DNA of 64,000 nucleotides from Candidatus Enterousia sp. Its GTDB lineage: Bacteria > Pseudomonadota > Alphaproteobacteria > Rs-D84. The notes beneath the pieces were generated by a model. That model searched no databases. It was given only the letters and a program-made list of their open reading frames with translations, and was not told the DNA's origin. Location: the NCBI GenBank assembly GCA_045645645.1, contig JAZRJE010000017.1:3707-67706 (forward strand), given 5' to 3'. The position numbers were made by a program, and so were the translations under genes. Of the stretch, positions 9,456-20,141 are shown piece by piece. How positions within the stretch are numbered: the first letter of the stretch is position 1; the number at the start of each line of letters is the position of its first letter.

Positions 9456-10496
9456 ATGCTAACTACATCGGATTTTGATTTTGAATTACCAACCGAATTA
9501 ATTGCGTCGCGTCCATTGGCACAGCGTGATGCGTCGCGCATGTTGGTTGTTGGGAACGGTGGCGCAGTTTCTGACAAACATGTCCGCGATTTCCTGGATA
9601 TTTTACGTCCGGGCGATGTTGTTGTCTTTAACAATTCGCGTGTTATACCGGCGCGCTTTATGGCTGACGGTAAACATGAAATCACATTACATACCGCTGT
9701 TGATGAGCGAACCTGGTGGGGAATGTGCAAAAAATTCAATAAAATACCAGATGGTACAATATTGACACTGGACAATGGTGCGCAGATACGCGTTTTGGCA
9801 CACGATGACGACAGTGGTCTGAAATTAGAATTTTTATGTGAAAATGTTTTTGAAACCCTGGACGCAGTTGGCAAAATGCCGCTGCCACCATACATGAAGC
9901 GTGACGCCCAGGATACAGATCGTGAACGTTATCAAACGGTATATTCGTCCCCATTGGGGTCGATGGCGGCGCCGACGGCGGGGTTGCACTTTACAAATGA
10001 ATTATTGGATGAGATTCGTGAGCGTGGCGCCCAGATTGTAAACGTCACATTGCATGTTGGGGCAGGAACATGGTTGCCCGTTAAAACCGAAGATTTATCG
10101 ATGCACAAAATGCACAGCGAATGGTGTTGTATCACCGAAGAACAAGCAGACATAATAAATAACGCAAAACGTGTAATTGCCGTTGGAACAACGTCAATGC
10201 GAACACTGGAAAGTGCGGCAATGCACAACGGTGAATCTGGTAAATACAAGCGTGTTAGTCCGTTTTGTCAAAATACAAATATTTTTATCACACCAGGATA
10301 TAAATTCAAGGCAGTTGATGTATTACTGACTAATTTTCACCTGCCGAAATCAACACTGTTTATGTTGGTGTCTGCATTTTCTGGGCTGGACGAAATGAAG
10401 TGTGCATACAAACATGCGATTGATGAAAGATACAGATTTTTCAGCTATGGTGATTGTTGTTTGTTGTTTAAGAAGGGGACAACCGATGAAATATAA
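9456..10496 (+). CDS. queA: S-adenosylmethionine:tRNA ribosyltransferase-isomerase
   Basis: N-terminal DFDFELPTELIASRPLAQRDASRMLVV is the classic QueA start; length 346 aa. Confidence 0.9.
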   Translation: MLTTSDFDFELPTELIASRPLAQRDASRMLVVGNGGAVSDKHVRDFLDILRPGDVVVFNNSRVIPARFMADGKHEITLHTAVDERTWWGMCKKFNKIPDGTILTLDNGAQIRVLAHDDDSGLKLEFLCENVFETLDAVGKMPLPPYMKRDAQDTDRERYQTVYSSPLGSMAAPTAGLHFTNELLDEIRERGAQIVNVTLHVGAGTWLPVKTEDLSMHKMHSEWCCITEEQADIINNAKRVIAVGTTSMRTLESAAMHNGESGKYKRVSPFCQNTNIFITPGYKFKAVDVLLTNFHLPKSTLFMLVSAFSGLDEMKCAYKHAIDERYRFFSYGDCCLLFKKGTTDEI

Positions 10497-11817
10497 TCCG
10501 ACGCTTCACAAGTTATCAAATGGTGTGACGGTTATCCTGGATCCAATGGATATTGAAACAACGCATGTAAAGATCTGTTTTAATACTGGCTCACGTGATG
10601 AATTGCCAAGCGAATATGGCATAACGCACTTCTGTGAACATATGTTGTGCAAGGGGACTCCGCGTTTCCCGACACGCAAAGATCTTAACAACTTTATCCA
10701 TTCACATGGCGGAACGTTCAACGCGTTTACAAGTCCCGAAGAGTTGTGTTTTCATGGTCGTATTTTGGGTGATAATTTGGATAAATTATTAGATTTGTTG
10801 TCGGATCTGCTTTGTAATTCCTTGTTCATGCCAGAACGAATAGAATTGGAACGTATAGTTATCTTGGACGAATTACGTCGTGCCCAAGACAATAAGGGTA
10901 GGAAGCAAACCGATTTTATAACACGTACGCTAATGAATAAATCTTCATATCAAACATTGGGTACAGAAGAGAATATAAAATCTTTCACGCGCGACCAACT
11001 ACTGGGGTGGCTGTCAAAGCGTCTGTCTGCAAAAAATTGTACAATTGTTATATCTGGCAAAATAGCAAATTCTGATGCTGTGTTAAGTCAGCTAGAATCC
11101 TGTTTCGCATTTTTGCCAACGCATGACGTACCAGAAAACAAAACGTTTAATTATCGCCCTGCAATCGCACATCATTCATCTAATGAGACTAAAAATGTAA
11201 ATATTTTTATTGCCATTCCCAGACGTTTTGATAGAAGCGAGCAATATAAGTTTGAAAGTTTGTGTGAGCAGCGTTTTAAAAAGTATTTACAAGATGAATT
11301 ATTTGAAGAGATACGTCAAAAACATGGACTGGTTTATGGGATTACTGTTAAAAGCATCGGATATGAACAGGGTATGCATTTTATAGAAACAGAATGCCAG
11401 CCGCAGCATGTGGCAAAGGTTGTGGAACTAATCGCCAGCACATGCTCTAATGTTTATAATAAAAAACCGATTACAGACAAATGGTTGAAACAATATTTTA
11501 GTATGTGCCAGCTTGGTGATGCAGACTGGTTGGATTCATGGGACAAAAGAAGTTGTGATTTGTTGTATACCTATCGCGATACAGGCAAATTATACGATCG
11601 ATTTGGTGTTATAGAAACTGTTCGGGGTATAACTGCTGCAGATGTACAAAAGCATACACTTGGTTTTTTTGATGTTCCTATATCTATTGTCACAGACGGT
11701 CCAGATTTTAATGCGGATTTAGGTGCTATTTGGAAACAAAACTTTCCAAATTCTAATATCTCATTAACGGCAAATGATATTATAAGTCAAATACATAGTG
11801 GTAAAACCAGCAGATAA
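10486..11817 (+). CDS. M16 family (pitrilysin/insulinase-like) zinc peptidase
   Basis: Inverted zinc motif HFCEHM (HxxEH) near the N-terminus; length and layout typical of an M16 peptidase subunit. Start chosen at the ATG after AGAAGGGGA at 10486. Confidence 0.7.
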   Translation: MKYNPTLHKLSNGVTVILDPMDIETTHVKICFNTGSRDELPSEYGITHFCEHMLCKGTPRFPTRKDLNNFIHSHGGTFNAFTSPEELCFHGRILGDNLDKLLDLLSDLLCNSLFMPERIELERIVILDELRRAQDNKGRKQTDFITRTLMNKSSYQTLGTEENIKSFTRDQLLGWLSKRLSAKNCTIVISGKIANSDAVLSQLESCFAFLPTHDVPENKTFNYRPAIAHHSSNETKNVNIFIAIPRRFDRSEQYKFESLCEQRFKKYLQDELFEEIRQKHGLVYGITVKSIGYEQGMHFIETECQPQHVAKVVELIASTCSNVYNKKPITDKWLKQYFSMCQLGDADWLDSWDKRSCDLLYTYRDTGKLYDRFGVIETVRGITAADVQKHTLGFFDVPISIVTDGPDFNADLGAIWKQNFPNSNISLTANDIISQIHSGKTSR

Positions 11818-13294
<1,477 letters not shown>

Positions 13295-13325
13295 TATTAC
13301 ATAAAACAAGCGAAAGGGGGAACAT

Positions 13326-14309
13326 ATGGCAAAAAAACAAGTCAAAGTTATCGAACGTGATGGTGCAAAAACAGTTGCAAAAAAAGCGTCATTTGTCACA
13401 TGGACAAAACGAACTTTTACGATTATAACAATTGTGTGGTTGGTTTTGGTCGCGTGGTTGCCATTACATATAAAAAACACATATTCTCAGCCTATTAAAA
13501 AATCAATCGTTGTATCTATGTTTTTTGATTTGCAACGCGGGATTGTAAAACAGTACGAAGCTCTGCTAAAAGGGGTTGCGGATTCTATCAATCTGGAAAA
13601 GCCAATTGCAGCTGCAATCGATACAGTAAAAATGGCAGAAGGGGCAGTTGATAAAGTAACAGATGCCACCGCAAAAGCCAAAGAAAAAACAGCCGCAGTC
13701 ACTGAAAAAACAACAGGTGTAAAAAAACTTACTGGTATTGCAGGCAAGTTTGGCATTAAGACAGACGGTGTTGATAAAGCGGTTGCCGAAGTAGATAAAG
13801 GTGTCGCCAAAGCAAATGATGCAATCACATCGGTTGATAAAACAGCACAATTAGTAAATGAAAAATTGGACAAGATTCAGGGAAATTTGACCCGTGTTGC
13901 GCAAACGGAAATTGATAAGGCGCTGGATGCGGCGGTAAAGTCTGCGCTGGATAAAAATAGTGGCGGTTTGGGTACAACATTGCTGACAAACTACGGAATT
14001 GAACATGTGTATGCGTGGCGTCCGTCCAGTTGGTCTGTTGCAACAAAAATCTATGATGACTTATCAAAATCAGATGTGGATACGATAACAGTTATCACAC
14101 GTACAGTTGATACATACTTTGGTTATGTTGCGTGGGGGTTGGTAATTGCTGTATGGGCAGTTGGGTTGTATATTTGGTGGTTTATGTCCAAGAAGGTAAA
14201 AGCGATGATAAAACCATTTAATGTATGTCCACGCTGTGGTCATACATATGCAGATAAACGCACGGCCTTGGGATTATTAAAAGTATTTCAACCATGGACA
14301 TGGTTTTGA
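13326..14309 (+). CDS. hypothetical membrane protein with a low-complexity Ala/Lys/Val-rich helical region and a C-terminal CPRCGH motif
   Basis: GGGGGAACATATG RBS; N-terminal TM helix, repetitive (V/A)DK(A/V) region, second TM helix near the C-terminus, then CPRCGH. Confidence 0.45.
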   Translation: MAKKQVKVIERDGAKTVAKKASFVTWTKRTFTIITIVWLVLVAWLPLHIKNTYSQPIKKSIVVSMFFDLQRGIVKQYEALLKGVADSINLEKPIAAAIDTVKMAEGAVDKVTDATAKAKEKTAAVTEKTTGVKKLTGIAGKFGIKTDGVDKAVAEVDKGVAKANDAITSVDKTAQLVNEKLDKIQGNLTRVAQTEIDKALDAAVKSALDKNSGGLGTTLLTNYGIEHVYAWRPSSWSVATKIYDDLSKSDVDTITVITRTVDTYFGYVAWGLVIAVWAVGLYIWWFMSKKVKAMIKPFNVCPRCGHTYADKRTALGLLKVFQPWTWF

Positions 14310-14354
14310 TTAATTGTTCGCAATATGTCAGGAATTCGGAGTGTTAAAACCCAA

Positions 14355-14390
14355 CAAAAAACACCGCTTCGTGCGGTGTTTTGATTTTTG
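14355..14390 (+). terminator. intrinsic terminator (ACACCG stem family)
   Basis: aaaaaACACCGcttcgtgCGGTGTtttgattttt. Confidence 0.55.
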
Positions 14391-14495
14391 GCAGGGCCAT
14401 CTGTGCAATTCACGAACAAGGTTTATTCATGATTTGTTGATGTTTGGGAAAGAAGTTAAGGTGTTTTTGAATACAGTTTTAAGTTTATAATATTC

Positions 14496-15395
14496 TTGAA
14501 AAAAATACTGTGTTGGAATATTATCATAAAAAATGTGTTTAACAAAAAGGCAAAATCAATGGCGTTAGTGTGTATGATTGTTTTTTTAGTTATTTGTTGC
14601 GGGATAATGCTGTACAATATTTGTGGAGCAGTTTACACTTGGGCTGACCATTGTGGTTGGGAGGAAAATTCACTGCCAGATAAAAATGCAAAAATTCAAA
14701 ATATTACTTCTGAGCGCGTCCAGTATACGAGGAATGGTGCAAAATTAAAAACCAAAATAACTTTTTCAGATGGTTTTTATTTTATTACGTATAAAACTGA
14801 TAGAGATGACGGGGTTATTTCATACAAAATTTACCTTTCAGATGAACTTAGAGAAAAGATTATAAATTTGGCTATTGAAAAACATAATTTATCTGTTGAG
14901 CAATTTATAAATGACAAACAATACACAGGTAGTGCTGTTCGTACAGTTGATGCAAAAGTAAAAAAGGATATGACTCAAATTAAAATAGAAATTATAAATG
15001 ATGAAAAATATATAAATCTAAAAAAAGACGATAGAATTGCATATCTTTATACTCTAAAAAAACAAACAGTATCCGAATTAAACAAATTAAACGATGCTTT
15101 TATTGCAGAAAACAATAAAATACGAGACATTCCGGTTGATATCGCTAAATACATAAAGCCAGGCAATATTCCTTATTTAAAAAATAACGTAAAACAATTA
15201 GAAAACAAAATGTGTGTTATTGACGAATTAATTGCATTAGAACTCGTTGATAAGGAACAAAAAAAAGAATATGAAAAATTGACTAAAAAGTTAACGGCCA
15301 AAGCGCAAGACGACAAAGCTGAAAAGGTTTCTGTGTCTTCTGTTAATACAGAAAGTGAGCAAATTTATATAGAGGAAGATGATGACGAGTGGTGA
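14496..15395 (+). CDS. hypothetical protein, AT-rich gene, acidic C-terminus (EEDDDEW)
   Basis: Long ORF in a markedly AT-rich stretch; possible TM helix near the N-terminus; no recognisable domain. Confidence 0.45.
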   Translation: MKKILCWNIIIKNVFNKKAKSMALVCMIVFLVICCGIMLYNICGAVYTWADHCGWEENSLPDKNAKIQNITSERVQYTRNGAKLKTKITFSDGFYFITYKTDRDDGVISYKIYLSDELREKIINLAIEKHNLSVEQFINDKQYTGSAVRTVDAKVKKDMTQIKIEIINDEKYINLKKDDRIAYLYTLKKQTVSELNKLNDAFIAENNKIRDIPVDIAKYIKPGNIPYLKNNVKQLENKMCVIDELIALELVDKEQKKEYEKLTKKLTAKAQDDKAEKVSVSSVNTESEQIYIEEDDDEW

Positions 15396-15444
15396 TATTG
15401 GTGTGTAGTTTATTATCATTATATCGCAATTATTTTAAACAAAG

Positions 15445-15480
15445 GAAAAAGGTTAGAAATCTAACCTTTTTCTTTTTAAA
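15445..15480 (+). terminator. intrinsic terminator after the 14496..15395 gene
   Basis: aaAGGTTAGAaatcTAACCTttttcttttt. Confidence 0.55.
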
Positions 15481-15588
15481 AGTTCGTAAATGTGTGAAAT
15501 GGTGTGTGTTTTCAACCCCTAACTTACGAACTCGTAAAAGTATTGGAAATCCAACAAAAAAACCGCAAAAATGCGGTTTTATCAATCT

Positions 15589-15664
15589 TGGCAGCCCCAA
15601 CCGGATTCGAACCGGTGTTCTCGCCTTGAAAGGGCGGTGTCCTGGGCCTCTAGACGATGGGGCC
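15589..15664 (-). tRNA. tRNA-Glu (anticodon TTC)
   Basis: Reverse complement GGCCCCATCGTCTAGAGGCCTAGGACACCGCCCTTTCAAGGCG...GGTTCGAATCCGGTTGGGGCTGCCA is closely similar to the canonical bacterial tRNA-Glu. Confidence 0.85.
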
Positions 15665-15740
15665 ACAACTGCCTGTTCGTACTGAACGCTGGCAAATTAT
15701 ACATTTATTTTGGCCCCATGTCAAGTAAATATAAACTATT

Positions 15741-16163
15741 TTATTCGCTTGTGGCTGGGGTGGCCTCTGCTGGAATTTCTTCAACCTGGGTAAATATAAT
15801 TTCTGTGCCGTCACCAGATGTCAGAGTTAATACACCATCCTTTAATTCGTATGTTTCAACCGTTGGCATAAACTGAAAATATTCTGTTTCGGTTTGCATG
15901 GCGACAGGTTCACCCATCATCATTGTTGATGCAAAACCATCAAACTTGATTTTGTTACCGTCTGCAGTATACGCGCCATTATACAGATTTACAACTTTGC
16001 CATTTACGCGCATTTCATCTGGTGAAAATGACAACACGATTGTTGCCCCAGGTTGATTTGCAACAAAGTTTGCACCCTTTAACATTTCTGGGTTTTGTGC
16101 ATTGTCACCACATGCGGCAACCGCTAATACGCATGCGCCAATTGTTAACAGTTTAAATTTCAT
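15741..16163 (-). CDS. putative lipoprotein (possibly a META/HslJ-like domain)
   Basis: Lipobox signal (LAVAACG); 140 aa; the domain call is from memory of HslJ-like proteins and is weak. Confidence 0.45.
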   Translation of the reverse strand: MKFKLLTIGACVLAVAACGDNAQNPEMLKGANFVANQPGATIVLSFSPDEMRVNGKVVNLYNGAYTADGNKIKFDGFASTMMMGEPVAMQTETEYFQFMPTVETYELKDGVLTLTSGDGTEIIFTQVEEIPAEATPATSE

Positions 16164-16300
16164 CTGATTTCTCCTTTGCTTAGTATGTATCTATTATAAA
16201 GAATATTTTGCAATAGTTAATAAGAAAAAACACCGATAAATACTTATGCAGATATTTTCAAATACAAATAAAAACACCGTCATACGACGGTGCGAATAGC

Positions 16301-16377
16301 TGGCGGGATTGACGGGGCTCGAACCCGCGACCTTCTGCGTGACAGGCAGACGCTCTAACCAGCTGAGCTACAACCCC
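16301..16377 (-). tRNA. tRNA-Asp (anticodon GTC)
   Basis: Reverse complement GGGGTTGTAGCTCAGCTGGTTAGAGCGTCTGCCTGTCACGCAGAAGGTCGCGGGTTCGAGCCCCGTCAATCCCGCCA. Confidence 0.9.
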
Positions 16378-16461
16378 TTAAAGCGTTACATATAATATAT
16401 TGTTGATAGAATAAATGCAAGTACTTTTTTTAAAAAAAATAATCCCCATTCCTGGGGACTT

Positions 16462-16719
16462 TTATCGTTGTACTTGTTCGGATTGTTTTGTGATCTCAAT
16501 ATTTTTACGTGCAAATATTTTTTTTATTCCGTCTACAAATTTCTTGCGTCGTTCGGCACGTTTTAAATGGCGTTGCCATGAAGCTTCCAGCATTGCTTGC
16601 TCTTTTTCTTCAGCACGGCGCATGTTTTCCGCTTCGTGTTCTCTTAATTCTTGTTCTAATTGTGAATTAGTTGGTTCGCGATATGATGGGTCTGTAATTG
16701 TGATTCCGTCTTCGTCCAT
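16462..16719 (-). CDS. small highly charged hypothetical protein (85 aa), downstream of the VirB11-like ATPase on the same strand
   Basis: ORF 19 bp downstream of the ATPase gene; followed (on the minus strand) by a hairpin plus T-run terminator at 16440..16465; very charged/helical composition. Confidence 0.35.
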   Translation of the reverse strand: MDEDGITITDPSYREPTNSQLEQELREHEAENMRRAEEKEQAMLEASWQRHLKRAERRKKFVDGIKKIFARKNIEITKQSEQVQR

Positions 16720-16738
16720 AATATATCTCCTTTATTAA

Positions 16739-17698
16739 TTAAACTACTTCTGTTACTGCGCGCAATGCACCGTCACGTGACAATTGTACAACTCGGATCT
16801 TTTTTTTCATTTCTGCAATCAGGTCAGTTCTGTTGTATGCAGGCTGAGTGTGCAGTATGCGGTCGGCAAATGCTGCATATGCTGCTTCGGCACTTTCAGC
16901 ATGGATTGTTGTATAAAAATGATCGTGACCTGTTCCCAACATTTCCCATAAAACCGCCGCATTATCTGTTGAAATTTCACCACCAATGATAACATCTGGG
17001 GTCATTCGAACAACCAAATCCAATAATCTTGCATAATTCATATCGTTTGTTTGTTCTGTACGTGACAAAACAAAGTGTACACGATTCGCTTGCGGTACAC
17101 GGATTTCACGTGCGTCTTCAACTGTGATTACACGACTGTTTTTGTCAATCAGTGTTAACATGTGGTTTAAAAATGTGGTTTTTCCAGTTGCGGTTGCCCC
17201 ACTGATCAATATTGGACTGCCATCATTTATTGCGCTCATCAATCGTTCGTATGGATCGTCAGGGCGTACATTTTTGCGTGGTTTAATATTAAGCAGTTTT
17301 TGACCACGTTTTAGGTGGTAATTTTCAAAGCTAGTATCTGGTGCGCCACCGCCACGTATGTTCATGGCAACGCCCCCCGTTACATCGCGCTCATCATATT
17401 GTACATTTGGGCCTGCGATTGCTGTAAAGCGGTGGTTGCCAGGTAGTGTTGCGTATACCACGGGCATTCCATGTATTGGATCGAATGGACGTTCATAAAT
17501 GTTTGCAACTGTATGAATTAGGTCAATAAGATATTGTTTAGATAGCGTTTCTGCCTGATAAGAAACCCATGGGACACGTGCGCCATGCAGACGCATCCAA
17601 ACTTCGCCTGCGTGGTTTACAGCAATTTCTTCTACAAACGAAGGTGTGTAGAATTCTTTTAGTGGTGCCAACAAAGATTCCAATACTACATTAGACAT
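16739..17698 (-). CDS. VirB11/TrbB-family secretion ATPase (type IV secretion / conjugal-transfer ATPase family)
   Basis: Walker A (ILISGATATGKTTFLNHML), Asp box (VITVEDAREI), Walker B (PDVIIGGEI), His box (GTGHDHFYTTIHA); 319 aa, the size of TrbB/VirB11 rather than CpaF/PilB. Confidence 0.75.
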   Translation of the reverse strand: MSNVVLESLLAPLKEFYTPSFVEEIAVNHAGEVWMRLHGARVPWVSYQAETLSKQYLIDLIHTVANIYERPFDPIHGMPVVYATLPGNHRFTAIAGPNVQYDERDVTGGVAMNIRGGGAPDTSFENYHLKRGQKLLNIKPRKNVRPDDPYERLMSAINDGSPILISGATATGKTTFLNHMLTLIDKNSRVITVEDAREIRVPQANRVHFVLSRTEQTNDMNYARLLDLVVRMTPDVIIGGEISTDNAAVLWEMLGTGHDHFYTTIHAESAEAAYAAFADRILHTQPAYNRTDLIAEMKKKIRVVQLSRDGALRAVTEVV

Positions 17699-17779
17699 AC
17701 AATATCATTTTATCATAAATCGTGACTTGAATCAAAAAGGTTTATTTGATAAAATTAAAAAAAAGTGAGAGAAAAAGAC

Positions 17780-18337
17780 ATGAAAAAAACAATTCTTTTT
17801 GCAATGCTTTCTGGGATGGTTTTAGCTGGGTGTGGCGGAAATCTGCCGTATAACCAAGAAGATTTTGCTCAAGGTGGGCCTGATGCGCCTCTTTACAATG
17901 AGCGTACCAGTACGTTTATGCAGCCTGATAACCAATTTGCAAATATTGATTCGTATAAACCAAAGACGCCAGCAGAAAAAGAACAAACTGCAAACCGTTG
18001 GAATACATCACGTATGGAAACCAGATGGCAGGAATATCATGGAACGATGGTTCGTGTTCAGATATTGTTGGGAAATACAGATTTGCGTGAAATGCGTCTG
18101 CGTTTGATGCAGAATGCTGATGGTATGGATATAAATGGTGATGCACGTACGGTTTTAGCTGCAGTTGCGGATTATGAGATGAAGCGTATATGTGGGCGAA
18201 ATGCATCTAGTATCGTTATGGTATATGATAAGCCTTCTTTTGATGTGATGCGTCCGACACCGTACTTTGATTACCGTATCGAAGCGGAAGGGGCGACTAT
18301 GCGAGAATATGGTTTTCGATGCTTATACAATAATTAA
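17780..18337 (+). CDS. putative lipoprotein, unknown function
   Basis: [19 protein letters not shown] lipobox; the ORF-track start at 17765 is less likely than the ATG at 17780. Confidence 0.45.
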   Translation: MKKTILFAMLSGMVLAGCGGNLPYNQEDFAQGGPDAPLYNERTSTFMQPDNQFANIDSYKPKTPAEKEQTANRWNTSRMETRWQEYHGTMVRVQILLGNTDLREMRLRLMQNADGMDINGDARTVLAAVADYEMKRICGRNASSIVMVYDKPSFDVMRPTPYFDYRIEAEGATMREYGFRCLYNN

Positions 18338-18357
18338 CAAAACAAAAGGAAGAATGG

Positions 18358-18681
18358 ATGAAAAAAATAATGATTGCATTGGGGATGTGCGGCATGTTGG
18401 CAGCGTGTGACAGCAATGCTGGTGCGCAAAATGGTGATACTGTTGTTATTAATTTTGCTGGTTTCTTGGATGGGGTTCAGTTTCCTGGTGGAACAGCAGA
18501 AGCTTTCCCATTAAAATTGGGCAGTGGTCAATTTGTTCCAGGATTTGAAGATCAGTTGATTGGCGCAGTTAAGGGTGAATCACGTGATGTGAATATTACG
18601 TTCCCAACAGATTATGTTCCAGAATTAGCTGGCAAGGATGTTGTTTTTAAGGTAACAGTTGTTGATATTATCGAAGAATAA
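18358..18681 (+). CDS. lipoprotein consisting of a trigger-factor-type FKBP-like PPIase domain
   Basis: Lipobox MLAACD, then ~85 aa about 50% identical to the PPIase domain of the trigger factor encoded in this same window ([35 protein letters not shown] vs [35 protein letters not shown]). Confidence 0.65.
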   Translation: MKKIMIALGMCGMLAACDSNAGAQNGDTVVINFAGFLDGVQFPGGTAEAFPLKLGSGQFVPGFEDQLIGAVKGESRDVNITFPTDYVPELAGKDVVFKVTVVDIIEE

Positions 18682-18690
18682 TAGTTGTGA

Positions 18691-18720
18691 AAAAACACCC
18701 TAGACAATGGGTGTTTTTTT
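18691..18720 (+). terminator. intrinsic terminator (ACACC stem family)
   Basis: aaaaaACACCCtagacaatGGGTGTttttttttt. Confidence 0.6.
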
Positions 18721-18763
18721 TTACTGTGGTAAAAATAAAAAATCCCCTTAACAGGGGATTACT

Positions 18764-20005
18764 TTATTTTATGAAAGAATAATTCATTTCCAAATGGTTT
18801 GGATTATATGTATTATTCATGATTGCTAGTGTGTCTTCAACAATGACTAATTCTTCATTTGTTGCAATCATCAAGATCTTAACACGGCTGTCGTCTGTGC
18901 TGATAATTGCTTCATCAACACCTTTGCGGGCCAGTGCTGTTGCATTTTTTTCTTTATCTAACTTAATACCTAATTCTTCTAAGCCTTCGCAGAATTTTTC
19001 ACGCAGATAATCGTCGTTTTCACCAACACCTGCCGTAAATACCAGTGCGTCAACATGGCCCAGTTCCGCCATAAATGCGCCAATATATTTTTTTACATTA
19101 TGTGCTTCCATATCAATGGCTAACCGGCACAAGTCGTTTTCATCTTTGTTGCCTTCGACATCACGACGATCTGCGAAACATTCTGTGATACCCATCAGAC
19201 CAGAATCCTTATTCAAGTGTTTTTGCATCTGATCTGCAGACAGTCCCAAACGGTTCATGACATATAATACAACACCTGGGTCTAAGTCGCCTGGTCGTGT
19301 TCCCATTGTTAAACCAGCCAATGGTGTCATGCCCAAAGATGTATCAACAGATACGCCGTTACGAATTGCCGTTGCAGATGCACCGGATCCGATGTGCAAC
19401 GTAATTAAATTACATTCATTTGCAGGCTTACCCAGCATCTTTGCGGCACGCTTTGAAACGTACAAATGGCTTGTTCCATGGAATCCATAGCGACGTACGC
19501 CTAATTCACGATACCATGCGCTTGGTACTGCGTAACGATATGCGTAATCTGGCATTGTCTGGTGAAATGCAGTGTCAAACACTGCAACCTGGGTTGCGTT
19601 TGGTAGCAACTGTTTTGCTGTTACAATACCCATCAACGCAGACGGGTTGTGCAATGGTGCAATTGCAGATAATTCATCAATTGTACGAATGACTTCATCT
19701 GTAATTTCAACACTGGATGCAAACTTGTCTCCGCCCATAACGACACGATGACCAACACCCTTGATTTCGTTCAAATCGATTGACGCTTCACGCAACATGA
19801 ACAGAACGACGTTCAAGGCTTCGTCATGATTTTTCATGGATGTTTCTTTTTTCTGTTTTGTGCCATCTGGATATTTTTGTGTGACGAAAGAATCTGGCAG
19901 GCCAATTTTTTCAACATTTCCGCCAACAACAGCCTGTTTAGAATCTGCGTCAAAAACCTGATATTTCAATGATGATGAACCACAGTTCAATGCAAGTATA
20001 TACAT
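18764..20005 (-). CDS. ackA: acetate kinase
   Basis: N-terminal ILALNCGSSSLKYQV, internal HLGNG-like segments, 413 aa. Confidence 0.9.
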   Translation of the reverse strand: MYILALNCGSSSLKYQVFDADSKQAVVGGNVEKIGLPDSFVTQKYPDGTKQKKETSMKNHDEALNVVLFMLREASIDLNEIKGVGHRVVMGGDKFASSVEITDEVIRTIDELSAIAPLHNPSALMGIVTAKQLLPNATQVAVFDTAFHQTMPDYAYRYAVPSAWYRELGVRRYGFHGTSHLYVSKRAAKMLGKPANECNLITLHIGSGASATAIRNGVSVDTSLGMTPLAGLTMGTRPGDLDPGVVLYVMNRLGLSADQMQKHLNKDSGLMGITECFADRRDVEGNKDENDLCRLAIDMEAHNVKKYIGAFMAELGHVDALVFTAGVGENDDYLREKFCEGLEELGIKLDKEKNATALARKGVDEAIISTDDSRVKILMIATNEELVIVEDTLAIMNNTYNPNHLEMNYSFIK

Positions 20006-20099
20006 TTTATCCCCTTTGATTAATTGACGGATGAAAGCATAGCAAAGGTTTTTATGTTTTTCAACCGCAAACTAAGTTGTCTTTTATGTGATATAACAC

Positions 20100-20130
20100 A
20101 TAAAAACACCGCCAATTGGCGGTGTTGATG
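20100..20130 (-). terminator. intrinsic terminator (ACACCG stem family) after the 809-aa gene
   Basis: On the minus strand: hairpin ACACCGCCAATTGGCGGTGT followed by TTTTTAT. Confidence 0.55.
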
Positions 20131-20141
20131 AATCAAAAATC

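Noticed and set aside
15480-15528. 9-bp perfect inverted repeat AGTTCGTAA...TTACGAACT flanking 31 nt, between the AT-rich gene and tRNA-Glu
   Set aside because: Short, single occurrence, no associated ORF or promoter; possibly a small hairpin but not enough to interpret.
15389-15876. ORFs 15389..15685, 15430..15666 and 15571..15876 around tRNA-Glu
   Set aside because: They overlap the tRNA-Glu gene and its terminator, have low-complexity translations and no RBS; treated as noise.
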